Positions 12,432 through 27,020 of a stretch of 64,000 bases of DNA are shown one piece after another. The stretch covers positions 1 through 64,000 of the forward strand of contig JAUCBJ010000751.1 of assembly GCA_032718475.1 (NCBI GenBank). Direction: 5' to 3'. The notes under the pieces were generated by a model, which ran no database searches, was not told where the DNA came from, and saw only the letters and a list, made by a program, of their open reading frames with translations. Source of the stretch: Nemertoderma westbladi (Eukaryota; Animalia; Xenacoelomorpha). A program made the translations under genes and the position numbers. Position 1 is the first letter of the stretch. The number at the start of each line of letters is the position of its first letter.

Positions 12432-13119
12432 TGTAAGAGCGGTTTCTATGCTCTTGTGTATAAAACAATAAGATGATCTATGTGATTGTAATATGTTCAA
12501 CTATAGTTGGATTTCACCCAGTTTACACGGTTACGTCCCATAAAGAAGAATAATTTGTTTATTTGATTGGGAATTAGGAGCGTATTTATTATAGAAAATA
12601 TATAAGATAATAATATACGATTATAAGCGGTAAGGGGTAATAAGATAACGGAAACATAAGAACATTAATACATAATAAGAGATCTAATAATATAAACGTA
12701 AAATATCGTAAGAGTCAAGAATACAAAGTAATAAAGAGTGTTAATAGGGGGAGTTTCCGTTTGGGAAACTGCGGAATGAGATGAACTATAGTGAATGAGT
12801 AATGTTGAGCACGGTAAGCTGTAGAAATACAGTAAAGTAATAATAGGGGTGACAGTGTGGTGGGCCTTAATTGGTTAATGGGTAATAAAGGATTGTAGCG
12901 CAGTGGAGATACCTACCTAATGTGGCTGAACAGGAGTGAAGGGAAGAATACAGCTGTTTATCTGTATAGGATAAACGGCTGTGAATGGGGGCAGACAATA
13001 ATGGTCGAATGAGTATGTTGGAGATGAGATAGATATTGGTTTGCAACAATAAGCTGGGAGAATGGGCGGTAATGTAATGATAATATAATTTTAATGTTTG
13101 AGAGCGATCCGCCACTACA
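12432..13119 (-). repeat. 5' LTR of BEL family A
   Basis: 688 bp, TG...CA, near-identical to 3189-3876. Minus-strand AATAAA near 12558 and CCAAT near 12872. Confidence 0.97.
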
Positions 13120-16100
13120 CAGATAACTGTTTATAAACTAACCTTACTGGCAGAGAACTGTTTATAAACTAACCTTACTGGCAGATAACTGTTTATAAAC
13201 TAACTTTACTGGCAGAGAACTGTTTAAAACTAACCTTACTGACAGAGAACTGTTTATAAACTAACCTTACTGGCAGATAACTGTTTATGAACTAACCTTA
13301 CTGGCAGAGAACTGTTTATAAACTAACCTTACTGGCACATAACTGTTTATAAACTAACCTTACTGGCACATAACTGTTTATAAACTAACCTTATTGGCAG
13401 AGAACTGTTTATAAACTAACCTTACTGGCATATAACTGTTTATAAACTAACCCTACTGGCAGAGACCTGTTTATAAACTAACCTTACTGACAGAGAACTG
13501 TTTATAAACTAACCTTACTGGCATATAACTGTTTATAAACTAACCCTACTTGCAGATAACTGTTTATAAACTAACCTTACTGACAGAGAACTGTTTATAA
13601 ACTAACCTTACTGGCAGATAACTGTTTATAAACTAACCTTACTGACAGAGAACTGTTTATAAACTAACCTTACTGGCAGAAAACTGTTTATAAACTAACC
13701 TTATTGGCAGATAACTGTTTATAAACTAACCTTACTGGCAGAGAACTGTTTATAAACTAACCTTACTGACAGATAACTGTTTATAAACTAACCTTACTGG
13801 AAAAGAGAACTGTTTATAAACTAACCTTACTGGCAGAAAACTGTTTATAAACTAACCTTACTGGTAGAGAACTGTTTATAAACTAACTTACTGACAGAGA
13901 ACTGTTTATAAACTAACCTTACTGGCAGAGAACTGTTTATAAACTAACCTTACTGGCAGAGACCTGAGTATAAACTAACCTTACTGGCAGAGAACTGTTT
14001 ATAAACTAACCTTACTGGCAGAGAACTGTTTATAAACTAACCTTACTGGCAGAGAACTGTTTACAAACTAACCTTACTGACAGATAACTGTTTATAAACT
14101 AACCTTACTGGCAGAGAATTGTTTATAAACTAACCTTACTGGCAGAGAACTGTGTATAAACTAACCTTACTGGCATAGAACTGTTTATAAACTAACCCTA
14201 CTGGCAGAGAACTGTTTATAAACTAACTTTACTGGCAGAGAACTGTTTATAAACTAACCTTACTGACAGATAACTGTTTATAAACTAACCTTACTGGCAG
14301 AGAACTGTTTATAAACTAACCTTACTGACAGAGAACTGTTTATAAACTAACCTTACTGGGAGAGAACTGTTTATAAACTAACCTTACTGGCAGAGAACTG
14401 TTTATAAACTAACCTTACTGACAGATAACTGTTTATAAACTAACCTTACTGACAGAGAACTGTTTATAAACTAACCTTACTGGGAGAGAACTGTTTATAA
14501 ACTAACCTTACTGGCAGAGAACTGTTTATAAACTAACCTTACTGGCTGAGAACTGTTTATAAACTAACCTTACTGGCAGAGAACTGTTTATAAACTAACC
14601 TTACTGGCAGAGACCTGAGTATAAACTAACCTTACTGGCAGAGAACTGTTTATAAACTAACCTTACTGGCAGAGAACTGTTTATAAACTAACCTTACTGG
14701 CAGAGAACTGTTTACAAACTAACCTTACTGACAGATAACTGTTTATAAACTAACCTTACTGGCAGAGAACTGTTTATAAACTAACCTTACTGGCAGAGAA
14801 CTGTGTATAAACTAACCTTACTGGCATAGAACTGTTTATAAACTAACCTTACTGGCAGAGAACTGTTTACAAACTAACCTTACTGACAGATAACTGTTTA
14901 TAAACTAACCTTACTGGCAGAGAACTGTTTATAAACTAACCTTACTGGCAGAGAACTGTGTATAAACTAACCTTACTGGCAGAGAACTGTTTATAAACTA
15001 ACCTTACTGGCAGAGAACTGTTTATAAACTAACTTTACTGGCAGAGAACTGTTTATAAACTAACCTTACTGACAGATAACTGTTTATAAACTAACCTTAC
15101 TGGCAGAGAACTGTTTATAAACTAACCTTACTGACAGAGAACTGTTTATAAACTAACCTTACTGGGAGAGAACTGTTTATAAACTAACCTTACTGGCAGA
15201 GAACTGTTTATAAACTAACCTTACTGACAGATAACTGTTTATAAACTAACCTTACTGACAGAGAACTGTTTATAAACTAAACTTACTGGGAGAGAACTGT
15301 TTATAAACTAACCTTACTGGCAGAGAACTGTTTATAAACTAACCTTACTGGCTGAGAACTGTTTATAAACTAACCTTACTGACAGATAACTGTTTATAAA
15401 CTAACCTTACTGGCAGAGAACTGTTTATAAACTAACCTTACAGACAGAGAACTGTTTATAAACTAACCTTACTGACAGAGAACTGTTTATAAACTAACCT
15501 TACTGACTGAGAACTGTTTATAAACGAACCTTACTGGCAGATAACTGTTTATAAACTAACCTTACTGGCAGAGAACTGTTTATAAACTAACCTTACTGGC
15601 AGAGAACTGTTTATAAACTAACTTTACTGGCAGAGAACTGTTTAAAACTAACCTTACTGACAGAGAACTGTTTATAAACTAACCTTACTGACAGAGAACT
15701 GTTTATAAACTAACCTTACTGACTGAGAACTGTTTATAAACGAACCTTACTGGCAGATAACTGTTTATAAACTAACCTTACTGGCAGAGAACTGTTTATA
15801 AACTAACCTTACTGGCAGAGAACTGTTTATAAACTAACTTTACTGGCAGAGAACTGTTTAAAACTAACCTTACTGACAGAGAACTGTTTATAAACTAACC
15901 TTACTGGAAGATAACTGTTTATGAACTAACCTTACTGGCAGAGAACTGTTTATAAACTAACCTTACTGGCACATAACTGTTTATAAACTAACCTTACTGG
16001 CACATAACTGTTTATAAACTAACCTTATTGGCAGAGAACTGTTTATAAACTAACCTTACTGGCATATAACTGTTTATAAACTAACCCTACTGGCAGAGAC

Positions 16101-16776
16101 CTGTTTATAAACTAACCTTACTGACAGAGAACTGTTTATAAACTAACCTTACTGACAGAGAACTGTTTATAAACTAACCTTACTGGCATATAACTGTTTA
16201 TAAACTAACCCTACTTGCAGATAACTGTTTATAAACTAACCTTACTGACAGAGAACTGTTTATAAACTAACCTTACTGGCAGATAACTGTTTATAAACTA
16301 ACCTTACTGACAGAGAACTGTTTATAAACTAACCTTACTGGCAGAAAACTGTTTATAAACTAACCTTATTGGCAGATAACTGTTTATAAACTAACCTTAC
16401 TGGCAGAGAACTGTTTATAAACTAACCTTACTGACAGATAACTGTTTATAAACTAACCTTACTGGAAAAGAGAACTGTTTATAAACTAACCTTACTGGCA
16501 GAAAACTGTTTATAAACTAACCTTACTGGCAGAGAACTGTTTATAAACTAACTTACTGACAGAGAACTGTTTATAAACTAACCTTACTGGCAGAGAACTG
16601 TTTATAAACTAACCTTACTGGCAGAGACCTGAGTATAAACTAACCTTACTGACAGAGAACTGTTTATAAACTAACCTTACTGGGAGAGAACTGTTTATAA
16701 ACTAACCTTACTGGCAGAGAACTGTTTATAAACTAACCTTACTGACAGATAACTGTTTATAAACTAACCTTACTGA
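13120..16776. repeat. 31-bp satellite array, segment 2
   Basis: Same monomer; register continues exactly across the CAGAT TSD. Confidence 0.98.
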
Positions 16777-19210
16777 TGGACATGTAAGGCTATTTACATC
16801 AAGAGATGTAAATGCCACAGGCTCCTCTTGACTAGATTGTTCCCGGCTGGTAGTAAGATAGGATGGGACATATTGTCCTCCAGAAGTATAGGATGAATAA
16901 ATGCATTGTCCGGCCGAGGAACTTCTAGGATATCTCTGAGAATACTGACTTAAGGAAGATGCAGTATTAAAAGGCGATGTTGGGGGTATAAAGAGACCAG
17001 TTGTACAAAAATTACCTAGTGGGATAATTTCAGAAACTCTACTATTAATTAGCGCACTAGTGGGTCTTATAGGAGACGTAAGAGAAAAAATTGGAAGTTG
17101 AGATGACACTACTGACGTTGTTTCTACAGTGACAGGGTAGGAATGAGATTGACTAGACTGCAGATTATTTTGTGCTGATTCATAGGAATCTGAGGCACTC
17201 ACATTAACAGGTAGGCCCGTGGTTGCTATGGCAACAGGGTCGACTGGAGGGCGACTGGAGACTCTGATTGGATCCTTGTATTAACAGTCACATTATTGTT
17301 AAGATTACTTTCAGTTTGTACACCAATTGGTACGTCATACGTGGGAGATCTTTTTGGTGATTGTAATAGCGCAGAAGCTACATAATCTGCTTCTGCTTCT
17401 CCAAATTCAGGTGATTTCAACTCTAAAGCTTCTTCAAGTGCTGCAAGTGCAAGAGCATCGCGTAGGCCACGTTCCTTTGCCAAGCGAGAAATTTCTTTCT
17501 GTTGCCGCTCTGATTTTTGTAATAGCCGCTCTGATTTTTGTAATATCAATGTGTCAGCCTGATCTGCCTGAGCAGCTGCTCCTGACTGCTCGAGCTGTAG
17601 CAGGAGTAATTTTCGCTTGACTTTGGCACGATGAACTCGAACTGATGCGCTCGTCGAGGCTCGAGAATGTGCTGTAGAACCAGAGTGAGTTGAAATTGTT
17701 CGATTACGTTTGAGCTCGCCAACTTGCAATTGTTCATGAGATGATACATACTGTGGAACATCTGAAGACACAACTACAATAGGTATGGCGTTACTCCGAC
17801 ATGTCTGGGTCTGAGTCACGGTCTGCTCATTGCTATTAATATATTCGCGAATGTCATTGAGTTTAGATTCAAGGTCTGACAGTACAGTTACTGATTGTGC
17901 AGCTAGCTCACGTGACACATCAGAAAAACCAAATCTTTCGAAATCGAAAGTTGATTTTTCATAGTGACTACACAAAGATTTGTATACATTAATACAAGAA
18001 TTAAATATAGAATCGATATTAGTAGGGTCGAATGTAGCAGACCTTTGAATGGTAAACTCATTGAAACGTCGTGTAAAATGATCCTTATAACCAGCAATCG
18101 TTCTCTTTACGTGAGTTAGATTAGGTACTGAACTCTCACTAGACATTTCTACGGTAGGATTTACAACAGATGCAACAGGAGTTGGTGAGATAACGTTTTC
18201 AATACGTGTAGATGTAAGAGGTGACTTACCAGACTGTGTGGATACATCAGATTCCGAAGCTGAATGAATTTCGTCGTCCATTTGAACACCTTTGTTGTCC
18301 ATATTTGTATCCAAATTAAATAAAGGTGTCGTCTTCAAAATTAAAGTCTAGCTACGGTAGTTAGAATCGCCTAAATAGACTGTAATACATACCAACTTGG
18401 CTACAAAAGCTTAGTAACGTGGTATAGTAAAGAATTACTAAGAAATAAAATAATTAATATACAATTTAATTTATTTATTTATAATTGTAAATTTCATAGA
18501 GTTTTATTTGAGTTTTCCCAAACTGTAAGAGCGGTTTCTATGCTCTTGTGTATAAAACAATAAGATGATCTATGTGATTGTAATATGTTCAACTATAGTT
18601 GGATTTCACCCAGTTTACACGGTTACGTCCCATAAAGAAGAATAATTTGTTTATTTGATTGGGAATTAGGAGCGTATTTATTATAGAAAATATATAAGAT
18701 AATAATATACGATTATAAGCGGTAAGGGGTAATAAGATAACGGAAACATAAGAACATTAATACATAATAAGAGATCTAATAATATAAACGTAAAATATCG
18801 TAAGAGTCAAGAATACAAAGTAATAAAGAGTGTTAATAGGGGGAGTTTCCGTTTGGGAAACTGCGGAATGAGATGAACTATAGTGAATGAGTAATGTTGA
18901 GCACGGTAAGCTGTAGAAATACAGTAAAGTAATAATAGGGGTGACAGTGTGGTGGGCCTTGATTGGTTAATGGGTATAAAGGATTGTAGCGCAGTGGAGA
19001 TACCTACCTAATGTGGCTGAACAGGAGTGAAGGGAAGAATACAGCTGTTTATCTGTATAGGATAAACGGCTGTGAATGGGGGCAGACAATAATGGTCGAA
19101 TGAGTATGTTGGAGATGAGATAGATATTGGTTTGCAACAATAAGCTGGGAGAATGGGCGGTAATGTAATGATAATATAATTTTAATGTTTGAGAGCGATC
19201 CGCCACTACA
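16775..19210 (-). mobile_element. Truncated second copy of BEL family A (5' LTR 18524-19210 plus 5' part of gag)
   Basis: Near-identical to 10694-13119. An 11-nt duplication near 17241-17260 frameshifts gag; the LTR has a 1-nt deletion; the left end joins the satellite at a GA microhomology. Confidence 0.96.
16777..18338 (-). pseudogene. Truncated, frameshifted BEL gag N-terminus
   Basis: ORFs 17226-18338 and 16726-17202 reproduce about the first 520 aa of the 2084-aa ORF and then run into satellite. Confidence 0.93.
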
Positions 19211-19214
19211 GAGA

Positions 19215-22200
19215 CTTACTGGCAGAGAACTGTTTACAAACTAACCTTACTGACAGATAACTGTTTATAAACTAACCTTACTGGCAGAGAACTGTTTATA
19301 AACTAACCTTACTGGCAGAGAACTGTGTATAAACTAACCTTACTGGCAGAGAACTGTTTATAAACTAACCTTACTGGCAGAGAACTGTTTATAAACTAAC
19401 TTTACTGGCAGAGAACTGTTTATAAACTAACCTTACTGACAGATAACTGTTTATAAACTAACCTTACTGGCAGAGAACTGTTTATAAACTAACCTTACTG
19501 ACAGAGAACTGTTTATAAACTAACCTTACTGGGAGAGAACTGTTTATAAACTAACCTTACTGGCAGAGAACTGTTTATAAACTAACCTTACTGACAGATA
19601 ACTGTTTATAAACTAACCTTACTGACAGAGAACTGTTTATAAACTAAACTTACTGGGAGAGACCTGTTTATAAACTAACCTTACTGGCAGAGAACTGTTT
19701 ATAAACTAACCTTACTGGCTGAGAACTGTTTATAAACTAACCTTACTGACAGATAACTGTTTATAAACTAACCTTACTGGCAGAGAACTGTTTATAAACT
19801 AACCTTACAGACAGAGAACTGTTTATAAACTAACCTTACTGACAGAGAACTGTTTATAAACTAACCTTACTGACTGAGAACTGTTTATAAACGAACCTTA
19901 CTGGCAGATAACTGTTTATAAACTAACCTTACTGGCAGAGAACTGTTTATAAACTAACCTTACTGGCAGAGAACAGTTTATAAACTAACTTTACTGGCAG
20001 AGAACTGTTTAAAACTAACCTTACTGACAGAGAACTGTTTATAAACTAACCTTACTGACAGAGAACTGTTTATAAACTAACCTTACTGACTGAGAACTGT
20101 TTATAAACGAACCTTACTGGCAGATAACTGTTTATAAACTAACCTTACTGGCAGAGAACTGTTTATAAACTAACCTTACTGGCAGAGAACTGTTTATAAA
20201 CTAACTTTACTGGCAGAGAACTGTTTAAAACTAACCTTACTGACAGAGAACTGTTTATAAAATAACCTTACTGGAAGATAACTGTTTATGAACTAACCTT
20301 ACTGGCAGAGAACTGTTTATAAACTAACCTTACTGGCACATAACTGTTTATAAACTAACCTTACTGGCACATAACTGTTTATAAACTAACCTTATTGGCA
20401 GAGAACTGTTTATAAACTAACCTTACTGGCATATAACTGTTTATAAACTAACCCTACTGGCAGAGACCTGTTTATAAACTAACCTTACTGACAGAGAACT
20501 GTTTATAAACTAACCTTACTGACAGAGAACTGTTTATAAACTAACCTTACTGGCATATAACTGTTTATAAACTAACCCTACTTGCAGATAACTGTTTATA
20601 AACTAACCTTACTGACAGAGAACTGTTTATAAACTAACCTTACTGGCAGATAACTGTTTATAAACTAACCTTACTGACAGAGAACTGTTTATAAACTAAC
20701 CTTACTGGCAGAAAACTGTTTATAAACTAACCTTATTGGCAGATAACTGTTTATAAACTAACCTTACTGGCAGAGAACTGTTTATAAACTAACCTTACTG
20801 ACAGATAACTGTTTATAAACTAACCTTACTGGAAAAGAGAACTGTTTATAAACTAACCTTACTGGCAGAAAACTGTTTATAAACTAACCTTACTGGCAGA
20901 GAACTGTTTATAAACTAACTTACTGACAGAGAACTGTTTATAAACTAACCTTACTGGCAGAGAACTGTTTATAAACTAACCTTACTGGCAGAGACCTGAG
21001 TATAAACTAACCTTACTGACAGAGAACTGTTTATAAACTAACCTTACTGGGAGAGAACTGTTTATAAACTAACCTTACTGGCAGAGAACTGTTTATAAAC
21101 TAACCTTACTGACAGATAACTGTTTATAAACTAACCTTACTGACAGAGAACTGTTTATAAACTAACCTTACTGGGAGAGAACTGTTTATAAACTAACCTT
21201 ACTGGCAGAGAACTGTTTATAAACTAACCTTACTGGCAGAAAACTGTTTATAAACTAACCTTACTGGCAGAGAACTGTTTATAAACTAACTTACTGACAG
21301 AGAACTGTTTATAAACTAACCTTACTGGCAGAGAACTGTTTATAAACTAACCTTACTGGCAGAGACCTGAGTATAAACTAACCTTACTGGCAGAGAACTG
21401 TTTATAAACTAACCTTACTGGCAGAGAACTGTTTATAAACTAACCTTACTGGCAGAGAACTGTTTACAAACTAAGCTTACTGACAGATAACTGTTTATAA
21501 ACTAACCTTACTGGCAGAGAACTGTTTATAAACTAACCTTACTGGCAGAGAACTGTGTATAAACTAACCTTACTGGCAGAGAACTGTTTATAAACTAACC
21601 TTACTGGCAGAGAACTGTTTATAAACTAACTTTACTGGCAGAGAACTGTTTATAAACTAACCTTACTGACAGATAACTGTTTATAAACTAACCTTACTGG
21701 CAGAGAACTGTTTATAAACTAACCTTACTGGCAGAGAACTGTTTACAAACTAACCTTACTGACAGAGAACTGTTTACAAACTAACCTTACTGACAGAGAA
21801 CTGTTTATAAACTAACCTTACTGACAGAGAACTGTTTATAAACTAACCTTACTGGGAGAGAACTGTTTATAAACTAACCTTACTGGCAGAGAACTGTTTA
21901 TAAACTAACCTTACTGACAGATAACTGTTTATAAACTAACCTTACTGACAGAGAACTGTTTATAAACTAACCTTACTGGGAGAGAACTGTTTATAAACTA
22001 ACCTTACTGGCAGAGAACTGTTTATAAACTAACCTTACTGGCTGAGAACTGTTTATAAACTAACCTTACTGACAGATAACTGTTTATAAACTAACCTTAC
22101 TGGCAGAGAACTGTTTATAAACTAACCTTACAGACAGAGAACTGTTTATAAACTAACCTTACTGACAGAGAACTGTTTATAAACTAACCTTACTGACTGA

Positions 22201-25200
22201 GAACTGTTTATAAACGAACCTTACTGGCAGATAACTGTTTATAAACTAACCTTACTGGCAGAGAACTGTTTATAAACTAACCTTACTGGCAGAGAACTGT
22301 TTATAAACTAACTTTACTGGCAGAGAACTGTTTAAAACTAACCTTACTGACAGAGAACTGTTTATAAACTAACCTTACTGGCAGATAACTGTTTATGAAC
22401 TAACCTTACTGGCAGAGAACTGTTTATAAACTAACCTTACTGGCACATAACTGTTTATAAACTAACCTTACTGGCACATAACTGTTTATAAACTAACCTT
22501 ATTGGCAGAGAACTGTTTATAAACTAACCTTACTGGCAAATAACTGTTTATAAACTAACCCTACTGGCAGAGACCTGTTTATAAACTAACCTTACTGACA
22601 GAGAACTGTTTATAAACTAACCTTACTGACAGAGACCTGTTTATAAACTAACCTTACTGGCATATAACTGTTTATAAACTAACCCTACTTGCAGATAACT
22701 GTTTATAAACTAACCTTACTGACAGAGAACTGTTTATAAACTAACCTTACTGGTAGATAACTGTTTATAAACTAACCTTACTGACAGAGAACTGTTTATA
22801 AACTAACCTTACTGGCAGAAAACTGTTTATAAACTAACCTTATTGGCAGATAACTGTTTATAAACTAACCTTACTGGCAGAGAACTGTTTATAAACTAAC
22901 CTTACTGGCTGAGAACTGTTTATAAACTAACCTTACTGACAGATAACTGTTTATAAACTAACCTTACTGGCAGAGAACTGTTTATAAACTAACCTTACAG
23001 ACAGAGAACTGTTTATAAACTAACCTTACTGACAGAGAACTGTTTATAAACTAACCTTACTGACTGAGAACTGTTTATAAACGAACCTTACTGGCAGATA
23101 ACTGTTTATAAACTAACCTTACTGGCAGAGAACTGTTTATAAACTAACCTTACTGGCAGAGAACTGTTTATAAACTAACTTTACTGGCAGAGAACTGTTT
23201 AAAACTAACCTTACTGACAGAGAACTGTTTATAAACTAACCTTACTGGCAGATAACTGTTTATGAACTAACCTTACTGGCAGAGAACTGTTTATAAACTA
23301 ACCTTACTGGCACATAACTGTTTATAAACTAACCTTACTGGCACATAACTGTTTATAAACTAACCTTATTGGCAGAGAACTGTTTATAAACTAACCTTAC
23401 TGGCATATAACTGTTTATAAACGAACCTTACTGGCAGATAACTGTTTATAAACTAACCTTACTGACAGAGAACTGTTTATAAACTAACCTTACTGGCAGA
23501 GAACTGTTTATAAACTAACCTTATTGGCAGAGAACTGTTTATAAACTAACCTTACTGGCAGATAACTGTTTATAAACTAACCTTACTGACAGAGAACTGT
23601 TTATAAACTAACCTTACTGGCAGATAACTGTTTATAAACTAACCTTACTGACAGAGAACTGTTTATAAACTAACCTTACTGGCAGAAAACTGTTTATAAA
23701 CTAACCTTATTGGCAGATAACTGTTTATAAACTAACCTTACTGGCAGAGAACTGTTTATAAACTAACCTTACTGACAGATAACTGTTTATAAACTAACCT
23801 TACTGGAAAAGAGAACTGTTTATAAACTAACCTTACTGGCAGAGAACTGTTTATAAACTAACCTTACTGGCAGAGAACTGTTTATAAACTAACTTTACTG
23901 GCAGAGAACTGTTTATAAACTAACCTTACTGACAGAGAACTGTTTATAAACTAATCTTACTGGCACATAACTGTTTATAAACTAACCTTACTGGCAGAGA
24001 ACTGTTTATAAACTAACCTTATTGGCAGAGAACTGTTTATAAACTAACCTTACTGGCAGAGAACTGTTTATAAACTAACCCTACTGGCAGAGAACTGTTT
24101 ATAAACTAACCTTACTGACAGAGAACTGTTTATAAACTAACCTTACAGACAGAGAACTGTTTATAAACTAACCCTACTGGCAGAGACCTGTTTATAAACT
24201 AACCTTACTGACAGAGAACTGTTTATAAACTAACCTTACTGACAGAGACCTGTTTATAAACTAACCTTACTGGCATATAACTGTTTATAAACTAACCCTA
24301 CTTCCAGATAACTGTTTATAAACTAACCTTACTGACAGAGAACTGTTTATAAACTAACCTTACTGGCAGATAACTGTTTATAAACTAACCTTACTGACAG
24401 AGAACTGTTTATAAACTAACCTTACTGGCAGAAAACTGTTTATAAACTAACCTTATTGGCAGATAACTGTTTATAAACTAACCTTACTGGCAGAGAACTG
24501 TTTATAAACTAACCTTACTGACAGATAACTGTTTATAAACTAACCTTACTGGAAAAGAGAACTGTTTATAAACTAACCTTACTGACAGAGAACTGTTTAT
24601 AAACTAACCTTACTGACAGAGAACTGTTTATAAACTAACCTTACTGGCAGAGAACTGTTTATAAACTAACCTTACTGGCACATAACTGTTTATAAACTAA
24701 CCTTACTGGCACATAACTGTTTATAAACTAACCTTATTGGCAGAGAACTGTTTATAAACTAACCTTACTGACTGAGAACTGTTTATAAACGAACCTTACT
24801 GGCAGATAACTGTTTATAAACTAACCTTACTGACAGAGAACTGTTTATAAACTAACCTTACTGGCAGAGAACTGTTTATAAACTAACCTTATTGGCAGAG
24901 AACTGTTTATAAACTAACCTTACTGGCAGAGAACTGTTTATAAACTAACCCTACTGGCAGAGAACTGTTTATAAACTAACCTTACTGACAGAGAACTGTT
25001 TATAAACTAACCTTACAGACAGAGAACTGTTTATAAACTAACCCTACTGGCAGAGACCTGTTTATAAACTAACCTTACTGGCAGAGAACTGTTTATAAAC
25101 TAACCTTACTGACAGATAACTGTTTATAAACTAACCTTACTGGAAAAGAGAACTGTTTATAAACTAACCTTACTGACAGAGAACTGTTTATAAACTAACC

Positions 25201-26754
25201 TTACTGACAGAGAACTGTTTATAAACTAACCTTACTGGCAGAGAACTGTTTATAAACTAACCTTACTGGCACATAACTGTTTATAAACTAACCTTACTGG
25301 CACATAACTGTTTATAAACTAACCTTATTGGCAGAGAACTGTTTATAAACTAACCTTACTGGCAGAGAACTGTTTATAAACTAACCTTACTGGCAGAGAA
25401 CTGTTTATAAACTAACTTTACTGGCAGAGAACTGTTTATAAACTAACCTTACTGACAGATAACTGTTTATAAACAAACCTTACTGGCAGAGAACTGTTTA
25501 TAAACTAACCTTACAGACAGAGAACTGTTTATAAACTAACCTTACTGACAGAGAACTGTTTATAAACTAACCTTACTGGGAGAGAACTGTTTATAAACTA
25601 ACCTTACTGGCAGAGAACTGTTTATAAACTAACCTTACTGACAGATAACTGTTTATAAACTAACCTTACTGACAGAGAACTGTTTATAAACTAACCTTAC
25701 TGGGAGAGAACTGTTTATAAACTAACCTTACTGGCAGAGAACTGTTTATAAACTAACCTTACTGGCAGAGAACTGTTTATAAACTAACCTTACTGACAGA
25801 TAACTGTTTATAAACTATCCTTACTGGCAGAGAACTGTTTATAAACTAACCTTAAAGACAGAGAACTGTTTATAAACTAACCTTACTGACAGAGAACTGT
25901 TTATAAACTAACCTCACTGACTGAGAACTGTTTATAAACGAACCTTACTGGCAGATAACTGTTTATAAACTAACCTTACTGGCAGAGAACTGTTTATAAA
26001 CTAACCTTACTGGCAGAGAACTGATTATAAACTAACTTTACTGGCAGAGAACTGTTTATAAACTAACCTTACTGACAGAGAACTGTTTATAAACTAATCT
26101 TACTGGCACATAACTGTTTATAAACTAACCTTACTGGCAGAGAACTGTTTATAAACTAACCTTATTGGCAGAGAACTGTTTATAAACTAACCTTACTGGC
26201 AGAGAACTGTTTATAAACTAACCCTACTGGCAGAGAACTGTTTATAAACTAACCTTACTGACAGAGAACTGTTTATAAACTAACCTTACAGACAGAGAAC
26301 TGTTTATAAACTAACCTTACTGGCATATAACTGTTTATAAACTAACCCTACTTGCAGAGAACTGTTTATAAACTAACCTTACTGACAGAGAACTGTTTAT
26401 AAACTAACCTTACTGGCAGAGAACTGTTTATAAACTAACCTTACTGACAGAGAACTGTTTATAAACTAACTTTACTGGCAGAGAACTGTTTATAAACTAA
26501 CCTTATTGGCAGATAACTGTTTATAAACTAACCTTACTGGCAGAGAACTGTTTATAAACTAACCTTACTGGCAGATAACTGTTTATAAACCAACCTTACT
26601 GGCAGAGAACTGTTTATAAACTAACCTTACTGACAGAGAACTGTTTATAAACTAACCTTACTGACAGAGTACTGTTTATAAACTAACCTTACTGGCATAT
26701 AACTGTTTATAAACTAACCCTACTTGCAGAGAACTGTTTATAAACTAACCTTAC
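19215..26754. repeat. 31-bp satellite array, segment 3
   Basis: Same monomer, about 7.5 kb. Confidence 0.98.
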
Positions 26755-26991
26755 TGTGGTGATAATATATGGCTCGCCCCATGGACACCCTGGGACGAGG
26801 GGGGAGAGACCTACCGGTGTTGGACAGTCTGTATGTCGGTGTTAGTCAGTCAGTACCACCAGTTTATCTAGGCTACTTACTGCATGCCCTGACCGGTCCA
26901 CAGAGGACCCTATTATATATGATCACAGTATCTGCTACAGACAAAGGTTTTGTTCGTCTGCTGCCTCGCAGCAATAGTAGATACGCCCACA
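26755..26991 (+). repeat. 5' LTR (237 bp) of the Mag-like element
   Basis: TGTGG...CCACA terminal inverted repeat, followed immediately by a TGG PBS. No second LTR to confirm. Confidence 0.85.
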
Positions 26992-27009
26992 TGGCGCAGT
27001 GTGTAGGAT
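26992..27009 (+). promoter_or_regulatory. tRNA primer-binding site, probably tRNA-Ser
   Basis: TGGCGCAGTGTGTAGGAT resembles the complement of a tRNA-Ser 3' end (TGGCGCAGTCGGTAGGAT, from memory). Confidence 0.7.
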
Positions 27010-27020
27010 AACTTGGGCCC

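Larger units (their letters stand above)
3189..13119 (-). mobile_element. Full-length BEL/Pao LTR retrotransposon (family A), recent insertion into the satellite
   Basis: Two 688-bp TGT...ACA LTRs, 5-bp TSD CAGAT (3184-3188, 13120-13124), gag-PR-RT-RH-IN on the minus strand, PPT beside the left LTR. Confidence 0.97.
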
